The translations under genes and the position numbers were made by a program. The notes under the pieces were generated by a model, which saw only the letters and a program-made list of their open reading frames with translations, searched no databases and was not told the DNA's origin. From Acidimicrobiia bacterium (GTDB lineage: Bacteria > Actinomycetota > Acidimicrobiia > Spongiisociales > UBA4744): a stretch of DNA of 64,000 bases. The number at the start of each line of letters is the position of its first letter. The stretch's first letter is position 1. Shown here in pieces: positions 20,471-30,392 of the stretch. The stretch covers positions 1,523 to 65,522 of the forward strand of contig JAOTUY010000009.1 of the NCBI GenBank assembly GCA_029863625.1. Reading direction: 5' to 3'.

Positions 20471-22007
20471 CGACTCCGGCCTGGCGCTGGCCACCGTGCT
20501 CGTGAGTATTTTGGTGCTCACTTTGTTCACCACCCTCCTTCTGCGGGAAGCGGTTACGCAGCGCCAGCAGGCGGAATTCCAGGCCCGCGAGGATGTTGTA
20601 GTCGCCGGGGCCGAAGCCATGCTCGAGCGGTATGCGGCCAAGCTGACCGTCGATCCGCTCTACTTCATCCACTGGGTGGATGAGGGGGAGCGGGCCCGTG
20701 TGTGCGACAAGCCCGCCTCGGCCGGGTACGGTCAGCCGGCCGTCCAACCGGGCAACAAATGGCCCTGGGCTGATTGTGAAGTCTGGACCTACGAAGATCC
20801 CGATCGGGACGGAGACGGTAATCCCGATTCAGACTGGTACGTCCACCCCATTCTCGACGGAACCGTGGCCGCCGCCCGGGACGATATCGGGGTGTTGTTA
20901 GAGGTCTCCCCGCCCAGCGGGAGCCCGCTCGAAGTGCTCGTGGTCGGGAAAAGAGGCGATTGGGTGCACCGGCGTGCTATCTCGGCCACCATTCAGGCGA
21001 CCTCCCTATCTGAGTTCTACCGGGTCACCGAGAACGACCTCAACTACGGGGCAAACCGCCAAACCTGGGGCAAGGTCTATTCGGGCGGCCACGTGTCCTA
21101 CGGCGCAAACGGCGAAGCCCACGCAGATGTGTTTGCGGAGGACAAGATCACGAGCCCGCCCGCTTGGGAGGACGGAGCCGAAGGGTGGGAGAGTACCCCG
21201 GCCGCGTCCTACAACGACATTCGCGATGCGTTTCCCCAGCCGCTCGATTTCAACGACTTCTGGGACGATCTCGACGTCCTCAAGTCGGCCGCCTGCAGCG
21301 GGGGCTTGTGTCTCGACGACGCCGACGCCGAAGGATGGCGCATCCACCCGTTCGTAACCGGCGGTGTTGGAAAACTCGAGGTGTGTAAATCCACCACCTC
21401 CAACAATGAGACGTGGTGGTTTACCAACGGGCAGTCGGCCCAGTTCAGCAACTGCGTGACGGAGGAGATCCCCGCCAACGGCGCGGTGTGGGCCAACGCC
21501 CATGTTGTGATCGGCGATCGAGATTTCTGGGGCGGCGACTACAACGATCGGATCCTGGGAGACGGGTTCAGCGAAGCGATCCTGAAAGGTTCGCTCACCG
21601 TCTACGCCGGATCGGTGACCGACAAGAAGAATCTGATCCTCAACGCCGACACCACCTACGACAATCCCAACTCGTTGGACACGCTCGGGTTGATCGCATC
21701 GGACGAGGTCATCGTCAACGGCGAGGCCACCGGCGCCGACAAGAAGTTCTACATCAGCGCGGCTCTGCTCGGTCAGTTCAGCAAATGGGTTGCGCATGGG
21801 TTGACGCCATCCGGTTCGACACTGATCACAAGGGGATCGATCGCCACACGCGACACCGGAGCGATCTCCGGCGCCTTCCCTTACGCACAGTACGAATACG
21901 ACGAACGGTTCAGATACCTGCGGCCGCCGTTCTTTCCGCTGCTGGTCAACGACTGGTCATACGAGGACTGGACCGAGTTGCCATTGCCCGCCTGGGCGCT
22001 TCCCTAG
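20454..22007 (+). CDS. Large PilX-like minor pilin with C-terminal globular domain
   Basis: MRRIRSDSG|LALATVLVSIL prepilin-like signal without E+5 (PilX/GspK trait); A.AGAE motif; DxDxDG loop; C-terminal YEYDERF...PPFFP. Confidence 0.72.
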   Translation: MRRIRSDSGLALATVLVSILVLTLFTTLLLREAVTQRQQAEFQAREDVVVAGAEAMLERYAAKLTVDPLYFIHWVDEGERARVCDKPASAGYGQPAVQPGNKWPWADCEVWTYEDPDRDGDGNPDSDWYVHPILDGTVAAARDDIGVLLEVSPPSGSPLEVLVVGKRGDWVHRRAISATIQATSLSEFYRVTENDLNYGANRQTWGKVYSGGHVSYGANGEAHADVFAEDKITSPPAWEDGAEGWESTPAASYNDIRDAFPQPLDFNDFWDDLDVLKSAACSGGLCLDDADAEGWRIHPFVTGGVGKLEVCKSTTSNNETWWFTNGQSAQFSNCVTEEIPANGAVWANAHVVIGDRDFWGGDYNDRILGDGFSEAILKGSLTVYAGSVTDKKNLILNADTTYDNPNSLDTLGLIASDEVIVNGEATGADKKFYISAALLGQFSKWVAHGLTPSGSTLITRGSIATRDTGAISGAFPYAQYEYDERFRYLRPPFFPLLVNDWSYEDWTELPLPAWALP

Positions 22008-22077
22008 ACGCTTGCGGAGACTTCTGCATCACATCGTCTGAACTACCCTGACCCCGATTCCAAATCGGGGAGGGTCC

Positions 22078-22725
22078 TTGCTCATCGCCGGCAAATCGCT
22101 GTGGCTCGCTGAGACCAATTGTTGGGTAGTCGCGCCCGATGCGGGCGGACTTGGGGTGCTCATCGACGCTCCGCCCGATCCTGGTGGCGTGATCGATCTG
22201 CTCGCCGAGCATCACGTCACGCCGGTTGCGTTGCTCCTGACCCACGGGCACATCGATCACACCGGGGGAGCAGGTGTCGTGGTCGGTTCGGAAGGGATTG
22301 ACGCGTACGTCCATCCAGACGACGATTACCTCACGCTCGACCCCCTCGGCCAACTTCGCACGCTTTTCGGCATGGTTCCTCCCGGCGACTTCTCGCCTCC
22401 GGCCCGGCGGATAGCGCTCAGCGATGGGCAGATCCTGCGCCTGGCCGGGTTCGACCTGCAGGTCGTCCATACCCCCGGGCACACTCCGGGGCACTGCTGT
22501 TTCCTGATCCGCGACGAAGGCATCTTGTTTTCCGGAGATCACCTTTTCGCCGGTTCGATCGGTAGGACGGATCTTCCCGGCGGGGATTACGACACGCTGA
22601 TGGACAGCATGCGCGACAAAGTTCTCCCGCTCGATGACCAGGTATTGGTATATCCCGGGCATGGGCCTACGACTACCCTGGCCCGTGAACGCCGCACCAA
22701 CCCCTTTCTCCAAGAGTTGATCTGA
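22078..22725 (+). CDS. MBL-fold metallo-hydrolase (glyoxalase II-like)
   Basis: THGHIDH, HTPGHTPG, SGDHLFAGSIGRTD, YPGHG; usual hisS neighbour. Confidence 0.92.
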   Translation: MLIAGKSLWLAETNCWVVAPDAGGLGVLIDAPPDPGGVIDLLAEHHVTPVALLLTHGHIDHTGGAGVVVGSEGIDAYVHPDDDYLTLDPLGQLRTLFGMVPPGDFSPPARRIALSDGQILRLAGFDLQVVHTPGHTPGHCCFLIRDEGILFSGDHLFAGSIGRTDLPGGDYDTLMDSMRDKVLPLDDQVLVYPGHGPTTTLARERRTNPFLQELI

Positions 22726-23952
22726 ATGACCTTTCGCGCACCAAAAGGAACCGACGACATCCTTCCACCGGTCTCCCGCACCTGGCGGAGACTCCTGCTG
22801 ACCTGGGAGGACTGGGCGGCCCGCTACGGGTATGAACTGGTGCTCACGCCCCTTTTCGAGGCCACTGAAGTGTTCGCCCGGGGAACCGGCGAAGGCACTG
22901 AGGTCGTTCAGAAACAGATGTACACGTTCGAAGACAAGGGCGGAAGATCTCTCACGCTCCGCCCGGAGGGGACTCCTTCGGTGGTCCGGGCCTTCCTCGA
23001 GGCGGGCGCCGACGGGATCTTGAAGGCGGCGTATTGGGGTCCGATGTTCCGCTACGAGCGTCCGCAGGCCGGACGCCGGCGCCAGTTTTATCAGATCGAT
23101 GTGGAATACCTCGGGTCCCGAGAAGCTGCCGCCGATGCCGAGGTCATCGAGTTGGGGTATCGGTATCTCATCGACGCCTCCGTGCCGGGGTTGAGCGTTC
23201 AAATCAACTCGATCGGAGATCGAGAATGCCGCCCCGCATATCTGGAAGTGTTGAAGGAATACCTGGAGAGTCGCCGGGACGTGCTGTGTGACGACAGCCT
23301 GTTGCGCCTCACAACCAACCCGATGCGAGTTCTCGACTGCAAGATATGTGCCCCGAAGCTCTCAGATGCTCCCTCGCCGGTTGACTATCTGTGTGACGCC
23401 TGCACCACCCACTACGGCGAGGTGCGGTCTATCTTGCGCGAGTTGGGCGTGCCGTTCGAAGCGACGCCCCGACTGGTCAGGGGCCTCGACTACTACGAAC
23501 GCACCGCATTCGAATACGTCGCAACCGACCTGAAGGCAGCGCAGAACGCGGTGGGAGGCGGCGGACGCTACGACGGTTTGGCCGAATTACTTGGCGGCCG
23601 GCCCGTCCCGGGCGTGGGGTTCGCGCTGGGTTTGGATCGCATCGTGTTGACTCTCGGCGACGTGGAAGAACCCAACCCACTCGACCTGTACATCATCGTG
23701 ACCGCAGGGCGTCGCCGCGAGGCACTCCGGTTCACTTCTGAGCTGCGCCGGTCGGGAATCAGAGCGGACCTCGATGTTGAGAGCCGCTCGGTGAAAGCTC
23801 AATTCCGGGCGGCCGATCGGAGAGGCGCAGCGGGGGCCCTGGTGATAGGCGATGAGTGGTCAGAAGGCCGGGTGGTCGCCAAGGATCTAGCCAGCGGCCA
23901 TCAGGAGATAATCCGCATAGAGGAGGTTGAAGCATGGACCCGACGGCTGTAG
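22726..23952 (+). CDS. hisS: Histidine--tRNA ligase
   Basis: LRPEGT, MFRYERPQAGRRRQF, LVRGLDYY, GGGRYDGL. Confidence 0.97.
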   Translation: MTFRAPKGTDDILPPVSRTWRRLLLTWEDWAARYGYELVLTPLFEATEVFARGTGEGTEVVQKQMYTFEDKGGRSLTLRPEGTPSVVRAFLEAGADGILKAAYWGPMFRYERPQAGRRRQFYQIDVEYLGSREAAADAEVIELGYRYLIDASVPGLSVQINSIGDRECRPAYLEVLKEYLESRRDVLCDDSLLRLTTNPMRVLDCKICAPKLSDAPSPVDYLCDACTTHYGEVRSILRELGVPFEATPRLVRGLDYYERTAFEYVATDLKAAQNAVGGGGRYDGLAELLGGRPVPGVGFALGLDRIVLTLGDVEEPNPLDLYIIVTAGRRREALRFTSELRRSGIRADLDVESRSVKAQFRAADRRGAAGALVIGDEWSEGRVVAKDLASGHQEIIRIEEVEAWTRRL

Positions 23953-25727
23953 GGGGCGAAAAGCCCTATCGGACTGCCTACGCCGCCGATGTGTCTGAGG
24001 CGAAGGCCGGTGAACGGGTCCGCCTGGCCGGTTGGGTGGCGAGACGACGCGACCAGGGCGGCGTCTACTTCTTCGATTTGCGCGATGTCTCCGGGCTGGT
24101 GCAGGTGGTGGTCGATCCGGCCGAGGTCCCGGCCGCACGGGACCTGCGGATGGAGTACTGCATCACGGTCGAAGGCACGGTGCGACCGCGTCCCGCCGGG
24201 ATGGGGAATCCCGAGCTGGCGACCGGAAACGTCGAACTGGCCGCCGATCAGCTCGAGGTCTTGAGCAGGTCGGAGCCACTTCCTTTCATAATCGACGATC
24301 GCTCCGAGGCAGATGAGCGCCTCCGATTGGAATACCGATACCTCGATCTTCGCCGCCCCCGCATGGCGAGAAACCTCCGGGCCCGCTCTGTGGCTACTGC
24401 CGCGATGCGGGACGTTCTCAATGGCCGCGATTTTCTGGAGATTGAAACTCCCACCTTGATTCGCTCGACACCCGAGGGGGCTCGTGACATGCTGGTGCCG
24501 AGCAGGCTCCGTCGGGGAGATTTCTACGCCCTGCCCCAATCGCCGCAGTTGTTCAAGCAGCTGTTGATGGTGGGGGGTGTCGACCGCTATTACCAGATCG
24601 CCCGGTGTTACCGCGATGAGGACTTCCGAAGCGACCGGCAGCTGGAATTCACTCAGCTGGATGTGGAAGGTTCTTTCTGGGGCAGGGAAGGCGTGTTGGA
24701 GACGTTTGAGGCCGTTGTTGCGGCCGTCGTGGAAAGATTGCGCGGGGTCACGCTGAACCTGCCATTTCCACGCCTTGCCTACGCGGAAGCCCTGCTTCGC
24801 TACGGCACCGACAAGCCCGACCTTCGTTTTGGCATGGAGATCTCAGACCTCAGCGATGTGTTTGCCGAGACAGGCTTCCGGGCGTTCTCGGCCACCCTCG
24901 AGGCCGGCGGTGTGATCCGTGGGTTCAACGCCGGTGACCGGCAGCTGTCCCGGTCTCAAATCGATGGCCTGGAAACCAGGGCCAAGGAATTGGGCGCCAA
25001 AGGGCTGGTTTCAGCCGTTGTGGAGGAGGGGGGATCCCTGCGTTCGCCGACCACCAAATTCCTTTCTGAGCCCGAGACGACGGCGATCGTCAAGACCCTG
25101 GGCGGTGCGCCGGGTGATCTCCTGTTGCTCGTAGCCGACACGGCCCGTACGGCCGCTCAGGTGCTTGGTCAGTTGCGACTGGATGTTGGCAAGCCGGCGG
25201 GGCACGATGAGCTTGTATTTCTGTGGGTGATCGACTTTCCGATATTTGATGAACTCGAGAGCGGGGACCTGGCTCCGTCCCATCATCCCTTCACGGCACC
25301 GGTCGACCTCATCGAAATGCGGGAAAGGCCCCGCCAGGCAATTGCCAAGGCATACGACCTCGTCTTGAACGGCAGCGAACTGGGTTCTGGCTCTGTCCGG
25401 ATTCACGACCCGGAGGTCCAGCAAGAGGTTTTCAAGATCCTGGGCATTTCTGCCGAAGAGGCGGAAAGCCGCTTCGGCTGGTTCGTCAAGGCGCTGCGCT
25501 ACGGCACTCCGCCCCACGCCGGTTTCGCAATGGGGGTCGACCGGTTGCTGGCGATTCTGCAACGGGAAACGAGCATTCGCGATGTCATCCCGTTCCCAAA
25601 GACGCAAACAGGGATCGATCCAATGACCGGTTCGCCGACCGCTGTGGACCCGACCCAACTCGCCGAGCTGGGTATCGCACTGCGGGTCGGCCCCGATCCC
25701 GAGGATCCGGATCGGGAAGATGGATGA
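23934..25727 (+). CDS. aspS: Aspartate--tRNA ligase
   Basis: RLEYRYLDLRR, TPEGARD, LPQSPQLFKQ, HHPFT, YGTPPH, RDVIPFPKT. Confidence 0.97.
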   Translation: MDPTAVGGEKPYRTAYAADVSEAKAGERVRLAGWVARRRDQGGVYFFDLRDVSGLVQVVVDPAEVPAARDLRMEYCITVEGTVRPRPAGMGNPELATGNVELAADQLEVLSRSEPLPFIIDDRSEADERLRLEYRYLDLRRPRMARNLRARSVATAAMRDVLNGRDFLEIETPTLIRSTPEGARDMLVPSRLRRGDFYALPQSPQLFKQLLMVGGVDRYYQIARCYRDEDFRSDRQLEFTQLDVEGSFWGREGVLETFEAVVAAVVERLRGVTLNLPFPRLAYAEALLRYGTDKPDLRFGMEISDLSDVFAETGFRAFSATLEAGGVIRGFNAGDRQLSRSQIDGLETRAKELGAKGLVSAVVEEGGSLRSPTTKFLSEPETTAIVKTLGGAPGDLLLLVADTARTAAQVLGQLRLDVGKPAGHDELVFLWVIDFPIFDELESGDLAPSHHPFTAPVDLIEMRERPRQAIAKAYDLVLNGSELGSGSVRIHDPEVQQEVFKILGISAEEAESRFGWFVKALRYGTPPHAGFAMGVDRLLAILQRETSIRDVIPFPKTQTGIDPMTGSPTAVDPTQLAELGIALRVGPDPEDPDREDG

Positions 25728-27093
25728 TCTCTTTGCCGCACATCGGCAGGCTCGACAGGCGGAAATAGCTCCGCTGGCAACGCGCATGAGGCCGCGTACC
25801 CTCGACGAGATCGCCGGACAACCCCATCTGGTGGGATCCGGCACCGCGTTCCGGACCATGATCGAAGCGGGGCGACCGGTCTCGATGATCCTGTGGGGGC
25901 CTCCGGGCACCGGCAAAACCACCCTGGCCCGCCTGGTCGCCGCCCAATCGGAAGCACACTTCGAGCAACTCTCCGCCACGGCGGCCGGTGTCAAAGACGT
26001 GCGCGACGTCCTCGCCGGAGCCCGCCGGCGGTTGGGGGAGGAAGATCGGCGCACGGTTCTCTTTCTGGATGAAATCCATCGGTTCAGCACATCGCAGCAG
26101 GACGCGCTGCTCCCCGGCGTTGAGGATGGAACGCTGGTGCTGGTCGGAGCGACAACCGAAAACCCCTTTTTCGAGATCAACTCGCCACTCATTTCTCGTT
26201 CGACCTTGTTCCGCCTGGATGGGATCGAGCCGACGGACCTGGCCGATCTCATCGATCGCGCCCTGAGCGACTCCGAAAGGGGACTCGGGGCTTTCAATCT
26301 GACGATCGACGACCAAGCCCGCACTGCTCTCGCCGATAGATGTGGGGGAGACGCCCGGTTGGCACTGAACGCCCTGGAGATCGCGGCGTTCCTAGCCCGC
26401 TCGACCGATTCCGATATCACGTTCGCACACATTGAAGAAGCGCTGCAGCGCCGTATCGTCCGCTACGACAAGGCGGGGGATCAGCATTACGACGTCATCT
26501 CGGCGTTCATCAAGAGCCTGCGCGGGTCCGACCCCGACGCTTCGCTTTACTGGCTTCACACGATGCTCGAAGCGGGCGAGGACCCCGAATTCATTGCCCG
26601 ACGGATGATCGTTTTCGCCTCTGAAGACATCGGGCTGGCCGATTCGAGTGCGCTCTCTGTGGCGGTGACGGCCGGCCAGGCCCTCGCCTATGTCGGTTTA
26701 CCGGAAGCATCCTACGCACTGAGCCACGCCGCCCTCTATCTGGCAACGGCACCAAAATCCGACTCGGTCAAGTCGGCGATGGGCGCCGCCCGGCAGGCCG
26801 TTGCCGAGACGCCCGGCGACCAGGTGCCCATGCACCTGCGCCAGGCGGGTTATCAAGGCGCGGCCGTGCTCGGCCATGGAGAGGGATACCGGTACCCGCA
26901 CGACCACCCCGGCCATATCGTTCGCCAGGAGTATCTTCCCAAGAGTTCATCCGAGACCATCCTGTTTCGTCCCACCGATCAGGGCGATGAGGCCGAGCTG
27001 GCCAAGCGACTCAAGGAACATGACCAGATTCTCGGCAAACCACCCCGGGACCAGCGACCGGCTGCGAACCAAGAACCAGGGACCAGAGACTAA
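25720..27093 (+). CDS. rarA: Replication-associated recombination protein A
   Basis: PLATRMRP, GPPGTGKTT, DEIHRF, ATTENP, HYDVISAFIKSLRGSD. Confidence 0.95.
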   Translation: MDDLFAAHRQARQAEIAPLATRMRPRTLDEIAGQPHLVGSGTAFRTMIEAGRPVSMILWGPPGTGKTTLARLVAAQSEAHFEQLSATAAGVKDVRDVLAGARRRLGEEDRRTVLFLDEIHRFSTSQQDALLPGVEDGTLVLVGATTENPFFEINSPLISRSTLFRLDGIEPTDLADLIDRALSDSERGLGAFNLTIDDQARTALADRCGGDARLALNALEIAAFLARSTDSDITFAHIEEALQRRIVRYDKAGDQHYDVISAFIKSLRGSDPDASLYWLHTMLEAGEDPEFIARRMIVFASEDIGLADSSALSVAVTAGQALAYVGLPEASYALSHAALYLATAPKSDSVKSAMGAARQAVAETPGDQVPMHLRQAGYQGAAVLGHGEGYRYPHDHPGHIVRQEYLPKSSSETILFRPTDQGDEAELAKRLKEHDQILGKPPRDQRPAANQEPGTRD

Positions 27094-27118
27094 GAACCAG
27101 GGACCAGAGACTAAGAAC
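27071..27118 (+). repeat. Tandem direct repeat AAGAACCAGGGACCAGAGACT x2 plus a partial third copy, built from degenerate 7-mers
   Basis: 27071-27091 is identical to 27092-27112, followed by AAGAAC; spans the rarA stop codon. Confidence 0.9.
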
Positions 27119-27136
27119 GGGAGCTACCCTCCTTCC

Positions 27137-27331
27137 ATGTTCAAGCGTTCGCTTTGGTTCTTGATAGGAGCCGTGGCGGGTTTGGGCGGCTCGGCCTGGG
27201 TCATGGCGAGGGTGGCGCGGGCCCGGGAAGCGCTGACTCCGGCCAACCTGCGCCGCACTGCCGTGCTTTCGGTCGCCGATGTGCTCGAGGGAGCAGGTAC
27301 CCGGCTACGGTCCCCAAACGGTCAGGGCTGA
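27137..27331 (+). CDS. Small membrane protein (64 aa, DUF6167-like) upstream of alaS
   Basis: MFKRSLWFLIGAVAGLGG...LTP; TACCCT 6 nt before ATG; similar small genes precede alaS in actinobacteria. Confidence 0.7.
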   Translation: MFKRSLWFLIGAVAGLGGSAWVMARVARAREALTPANLRRTAVLSVADVLEGAGTRLRSPNGQG

Positions 27332-27360
27332 AGCTCACCGCCCACTAACCTGTTGCATCC

Positions 27361-29982
27361 ATGGACTCCAATCAGCTTCGCTCTTCCTTCCTGAAGTTCT
27401 TCGAAGAACGGGCCCATACGGCGCGCCCGTCGGCGTCGTTGATCCCGGTTGACCCAACCCTATTGCTGAACAACGCCGGGATGGTGCCTTTCAAACCGTA
27501 TTTCCTCGGTGAGGAACAACCGCCATGGTTGCGAGCCGTCTCCTCGCAGAAATGCGTGCGGACGGTCGATATCGACATCATTGGGACCACCGCTCGGCAC
27601 ATCAGCTTCTTCGAAATGCTCGGCAACTTCAGTTTCGGGGACTATTTCAAAGAAGACGCCATTCCCTGGGCCTATGAGCTCGTTACCGAAGTCTTCGGCA
27701 TCGACCCCGAGTTTCTGTGGTTCACCGTTCACGAGACAGACGATGAGGCTGCCCAGATCTGGCTCGACAAGGTTGGCGTTGAACCCCATCGATTGCAGCG
27801 CCGGGGTCACGACAACTTCTGGCAGATGGGGGTGCCGGGACCGTGCGGACCTAGCTCCGAGATCTTCTTCGATCGCGGTTCCGCCTATGGACCGGAGGGG
27901 GGTCCGGTGGTCGACGAGGAGCGGTTTGTTGAGGTCTGGAACCTCGTTTTCATGCAGAACATCCAGGATGAGCCCTACCACGTTGTCGGCGACCTCCCCG
28001 CCAAAAGCATCGACACGGGAATGGGTCTCGAGCGGATGGCCGCCGTCATGCAAGGGGCGGAGACCATCTTCGATGTCGACGTGGTGCGGCCCGTGCTGGA
28101 CACTGCGGCTCGGTCCGCCGGCGTCACGTATGGCGAAGATCCCATGGTGGATGTGTCGTTGCGCGTCCTGGCCGACCACGGGCGAGCCATGACTTTTCTC
28201 ATCGGTGATGGCGTGGTTCCATCAAATGATGGGCGCGGGTACGTGCTGCGACGCATCCTGCGGAGGGCAGTTCGTCATGCCTGGCGATTGGGCGGTGACG
28301 GTCTGATCACCCCAAAACTGGTGCAAGCCACCGTCAACGTCATGGCGGTGGGCTACCCCAGGCTGGTGGAACAGCAAGGGTTTATTACCGAGGTCGTGAC
28401 CCGTGAAGAGGCTCGGTTTCGTAAGACCCTGAAGTCCGGGCACACGCTCTTGGAAACCGAACTCGAAACGGTCACAGAAGGCGGGTTGCTATCCGGCGAT
28501 ACGACCTTCAAGCTGCACGACACGTTTGGGTTTCCGGTCGAGCTCACCAAGGAGATCGCCGCGGAACGTGGTGTCGACATCGACTTGCAGGCTTTCGAGA
28601 TTGCGATGGAGGAGCAACGGACCATGGCTCGGGCGGCCTGGAAGGGGGGCGAGGACTCCGCCACGGCCGATGCCTACCGCCTGCTTTTGGAGGAGATTGG
28701 GCCAACCGAATTCCTCGGATACGCCCAAGAGAAGAGCCAAAGCCGCATTCTGTCGTTGTTGCGGGACGGCTCGCCTACCGACCGAGCTGAGGAAAACGAA
28801 GAAGTCGAAGTGTTCCTCGACCGAACTCCGTTCTATGCAGAAGCAGGAGGACAGGTCGGTGACACCGGTTTGATTGAGACCGAGACCGGCCGCCTGGTGG
28901 TCAGGGACACTCAGGCCGGTGTGCAGGGCCTCAACGGTCACCGGGCGATCGTGGCGAAAGGGCTTGTGCAAGTTGGGCAGGATGCCGAAGCGCGGATCGA
29001 TTCGCCCCGGCGGGAAGGAATCCGAAAGAGCCACACGGGGACCCATGTCCTGCATTGGGCGCTGCGCGAGGTGTTGGGCCAGCATGTCCATCAGGCAGGC
29101 TCGCTCGTTCAGAGCGGTCGGCTGCGGTTCGATTTCAGCCACTTCGCCGGGCTCGAAGAGGACGAATTCGCCGAGGTCGAGCGCATCGCTAATGAACGGG
29201 TCATCGCCAATGCCGGCGTGCGGGCTTTCGAGACCGGCCAGGAAGAGGCTCACGCCCTCGGGGCTCTCGCCTTCTTCGGCGACAAGTACGGCGAGGTAGT
29301 TCGGGTCGTCGAGATCGGGGATTACTCCAAGGAACTCTGCGGTGGCACGCATACCCCGTCGGCAGGGCAGGTCGGCCCGCTCGTGGTCATGGGAGAATCG
29401 TCGATCGGGTCGAACCTCCGTCGCATTGAGGCTTTGTCGGGCGATCATGCCTACGAGTATCTGGCCGGGCTGCGGAGGCGGTTGATCGACACCGGGCGCC
29501 TGCTGCGGGCTAAGCCCGATGAGGTTCCCCGCAGAGTCGAGGCTCTCCTGGATCGGGCCAGCGAGCTCGAGGAGAGACTCGCCGTCATCGGACAACGATC
29601 GCGCGCCGAAGAAGCGGCCGAGATCGCGGCATCGGCTGAGAAGATTGGGGATGCACGTTGGGCGGTCGCAGGCGCAGGCGAAATGGCACCCGACCAGTTG
29701 CGCTCTTTGGCGCTGCAGGTGCGGGAGCGGCTGGGACGCGGCGTGGTCGTTCTCGGCAGTACCAATGCGGGCAAAGGAGCGCTGCTGGGGGCGGTATCCG
29801 GGGATCTGGTCGCCGCCGGAGTTTCGGCGGCCGAAATCATCCTGCCGGCCGCACGCATTCTGGGAGGAGGCGGCAGCCGGGATCCAGAACTTGCTCAGGC
29901 GGGAGGGCCTCACGGTGATCGGCTGGAAGAAGCTCTGGATTCCGCCCGGGAGGCGGCGGCCCGCGCGTTGACGGAGGTGTGA
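27361..29982 (+). CDS. alaS: Alanine--tRNA ligase
   Basis: DPTLLLNNAGMVPFKPYF, FFEMLGNFSFGDYFK, HTGTH, ELCGGTH editing motif. Confidence 0.98.
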   Translation: MDSNQLRSSFLKFFEERAHTARPSASLIPVDPTLLLNNAGMVPFKPYFLGEEQPPWLRAVSSQKCVRTVDIDIIGTTARHISFFEMLGNFSFGDYFKEDAIPWAYELVTEVFGIDPEFLWFTVHETDDEAAQIWLDKVGVEPHRLQRRGHDNFWQMGVPGPCGPSSEIFFDRGSAYGPEGGPVVDEERFVEVWNLVFMQNIQDEPYHVVGDLPAKSIDTGMGLERMAAVMQGAETIFDVDVVRPVLDTAARSAGVTYGEDPMVDVSLRVLADHGRAMTFLIGDGVVPSNDGRGYVLRRILRRAVRHAWRLGGDGLITPKLVQATVNVMAVGYPRLVEQQGFITEVVTREEARFRKTLKSGHTLLETELETVTEGGLLSGDTTFKLHDTFGFPVELTKEIAAERGVDIDLQAFEIAMEEQRTMARAAWKGGEDSATADAYRLLLEEIGPTEFLGYAQEKSQSRILSLLRDGSPTDRAEENEEVEVFLDRTPFYAEAGGQVGDTGLIETETGRLVVRDTQAGVQGLNGHRAIVAKGLVQVGQDAEARIDSPRREGIRKSHTGTHVLHWALREVLGQHVHQAGSLVQSGRLRFDFSHFAGLEEDEFAEVERIANERVIANAGVRAFETGQEEAHALGALAFFGDKYGEVVRVVEIGDYSKELCGGTHTPSAGQVGPLVVMGESSIGSNLRRIEALSGDHAYEYLAGLRRRLIDTGRLLRAKPDEVPRRVEALLDRASELEERLAVIGQRSRAEEAAEIAASAEKIGDARWAVAGAGEMAPDQLRSLALQVRERLGRGVVVLGSTNAGKGALLGAVSGDLVAAGVSAAEIILPAARILGGGGSRDPELAQAGGPHGDRLEEALDSAREAAARALTEV

Positions 29983-30392
29983 CCCTGGGCCGCATCATGG
30001 GGCTCGATTACGGTACGCGACGCATCGGCGTGGCGATGTCCGACCCATTGCATCTGACTGCCCAGCCACATGCTGTGCTGGATGCCGAGTCAAAACAGCT
30101 CTCCTCCGAGTTTCGTCGGTTGGTCGACGACAACGAGGTCGAGCTGATCGTGGTTGGACTTCCGGTGAACTTATCGGGTGAAGAAACAACATCGGCCGGG
30201 GGCGCCCGGCGACTTGCGGCCCGGGTGGCCGAGATTACCGGATGTCCGGTCGAGATGGCCGATGAGCGATTCAGCACGAAGACCGCCGAGCAGACGCTGA
30301 TCGGGGCCAACGTACGCCGCCGCCGCCGCAAGCAGGTCATCGACAAGGTAGCGGCTGCCGTCATGCTGCAGACCTTCCTGGACGGTCGTTGA
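29979..30392 (+). CDS. ruvX: Holliday junction resolvase-like / pre-16S rRNA nuclease
   Basis: GLDYGTRRIGVAMSD, VVGLP, DERFST, IDKVAA. Confidence 0.94.
   Translation: MTLGRIMGLDYGTRRIGVAMSDPLHLTAQPHAVLDAESKQLSSEFRRLVDDNEVELIVVGLPVNLSGEETTSAGGARRLAARVAEITGCPVEMADERFSTKTAEQTLIGANVRRRRRKQVIDKVAAAVMLQTFLDGR

Noticed and set aside
25700..25740. 6S RNA expected between aspS and rarA as in Firmicutes
   Set aside because: The two genes overlap, leaving no intergenic space.
27049..27118. Possible mini-CRISPR
   Set aside because: The repeats are directly adjacent with no spacers, and there are no cas genes.
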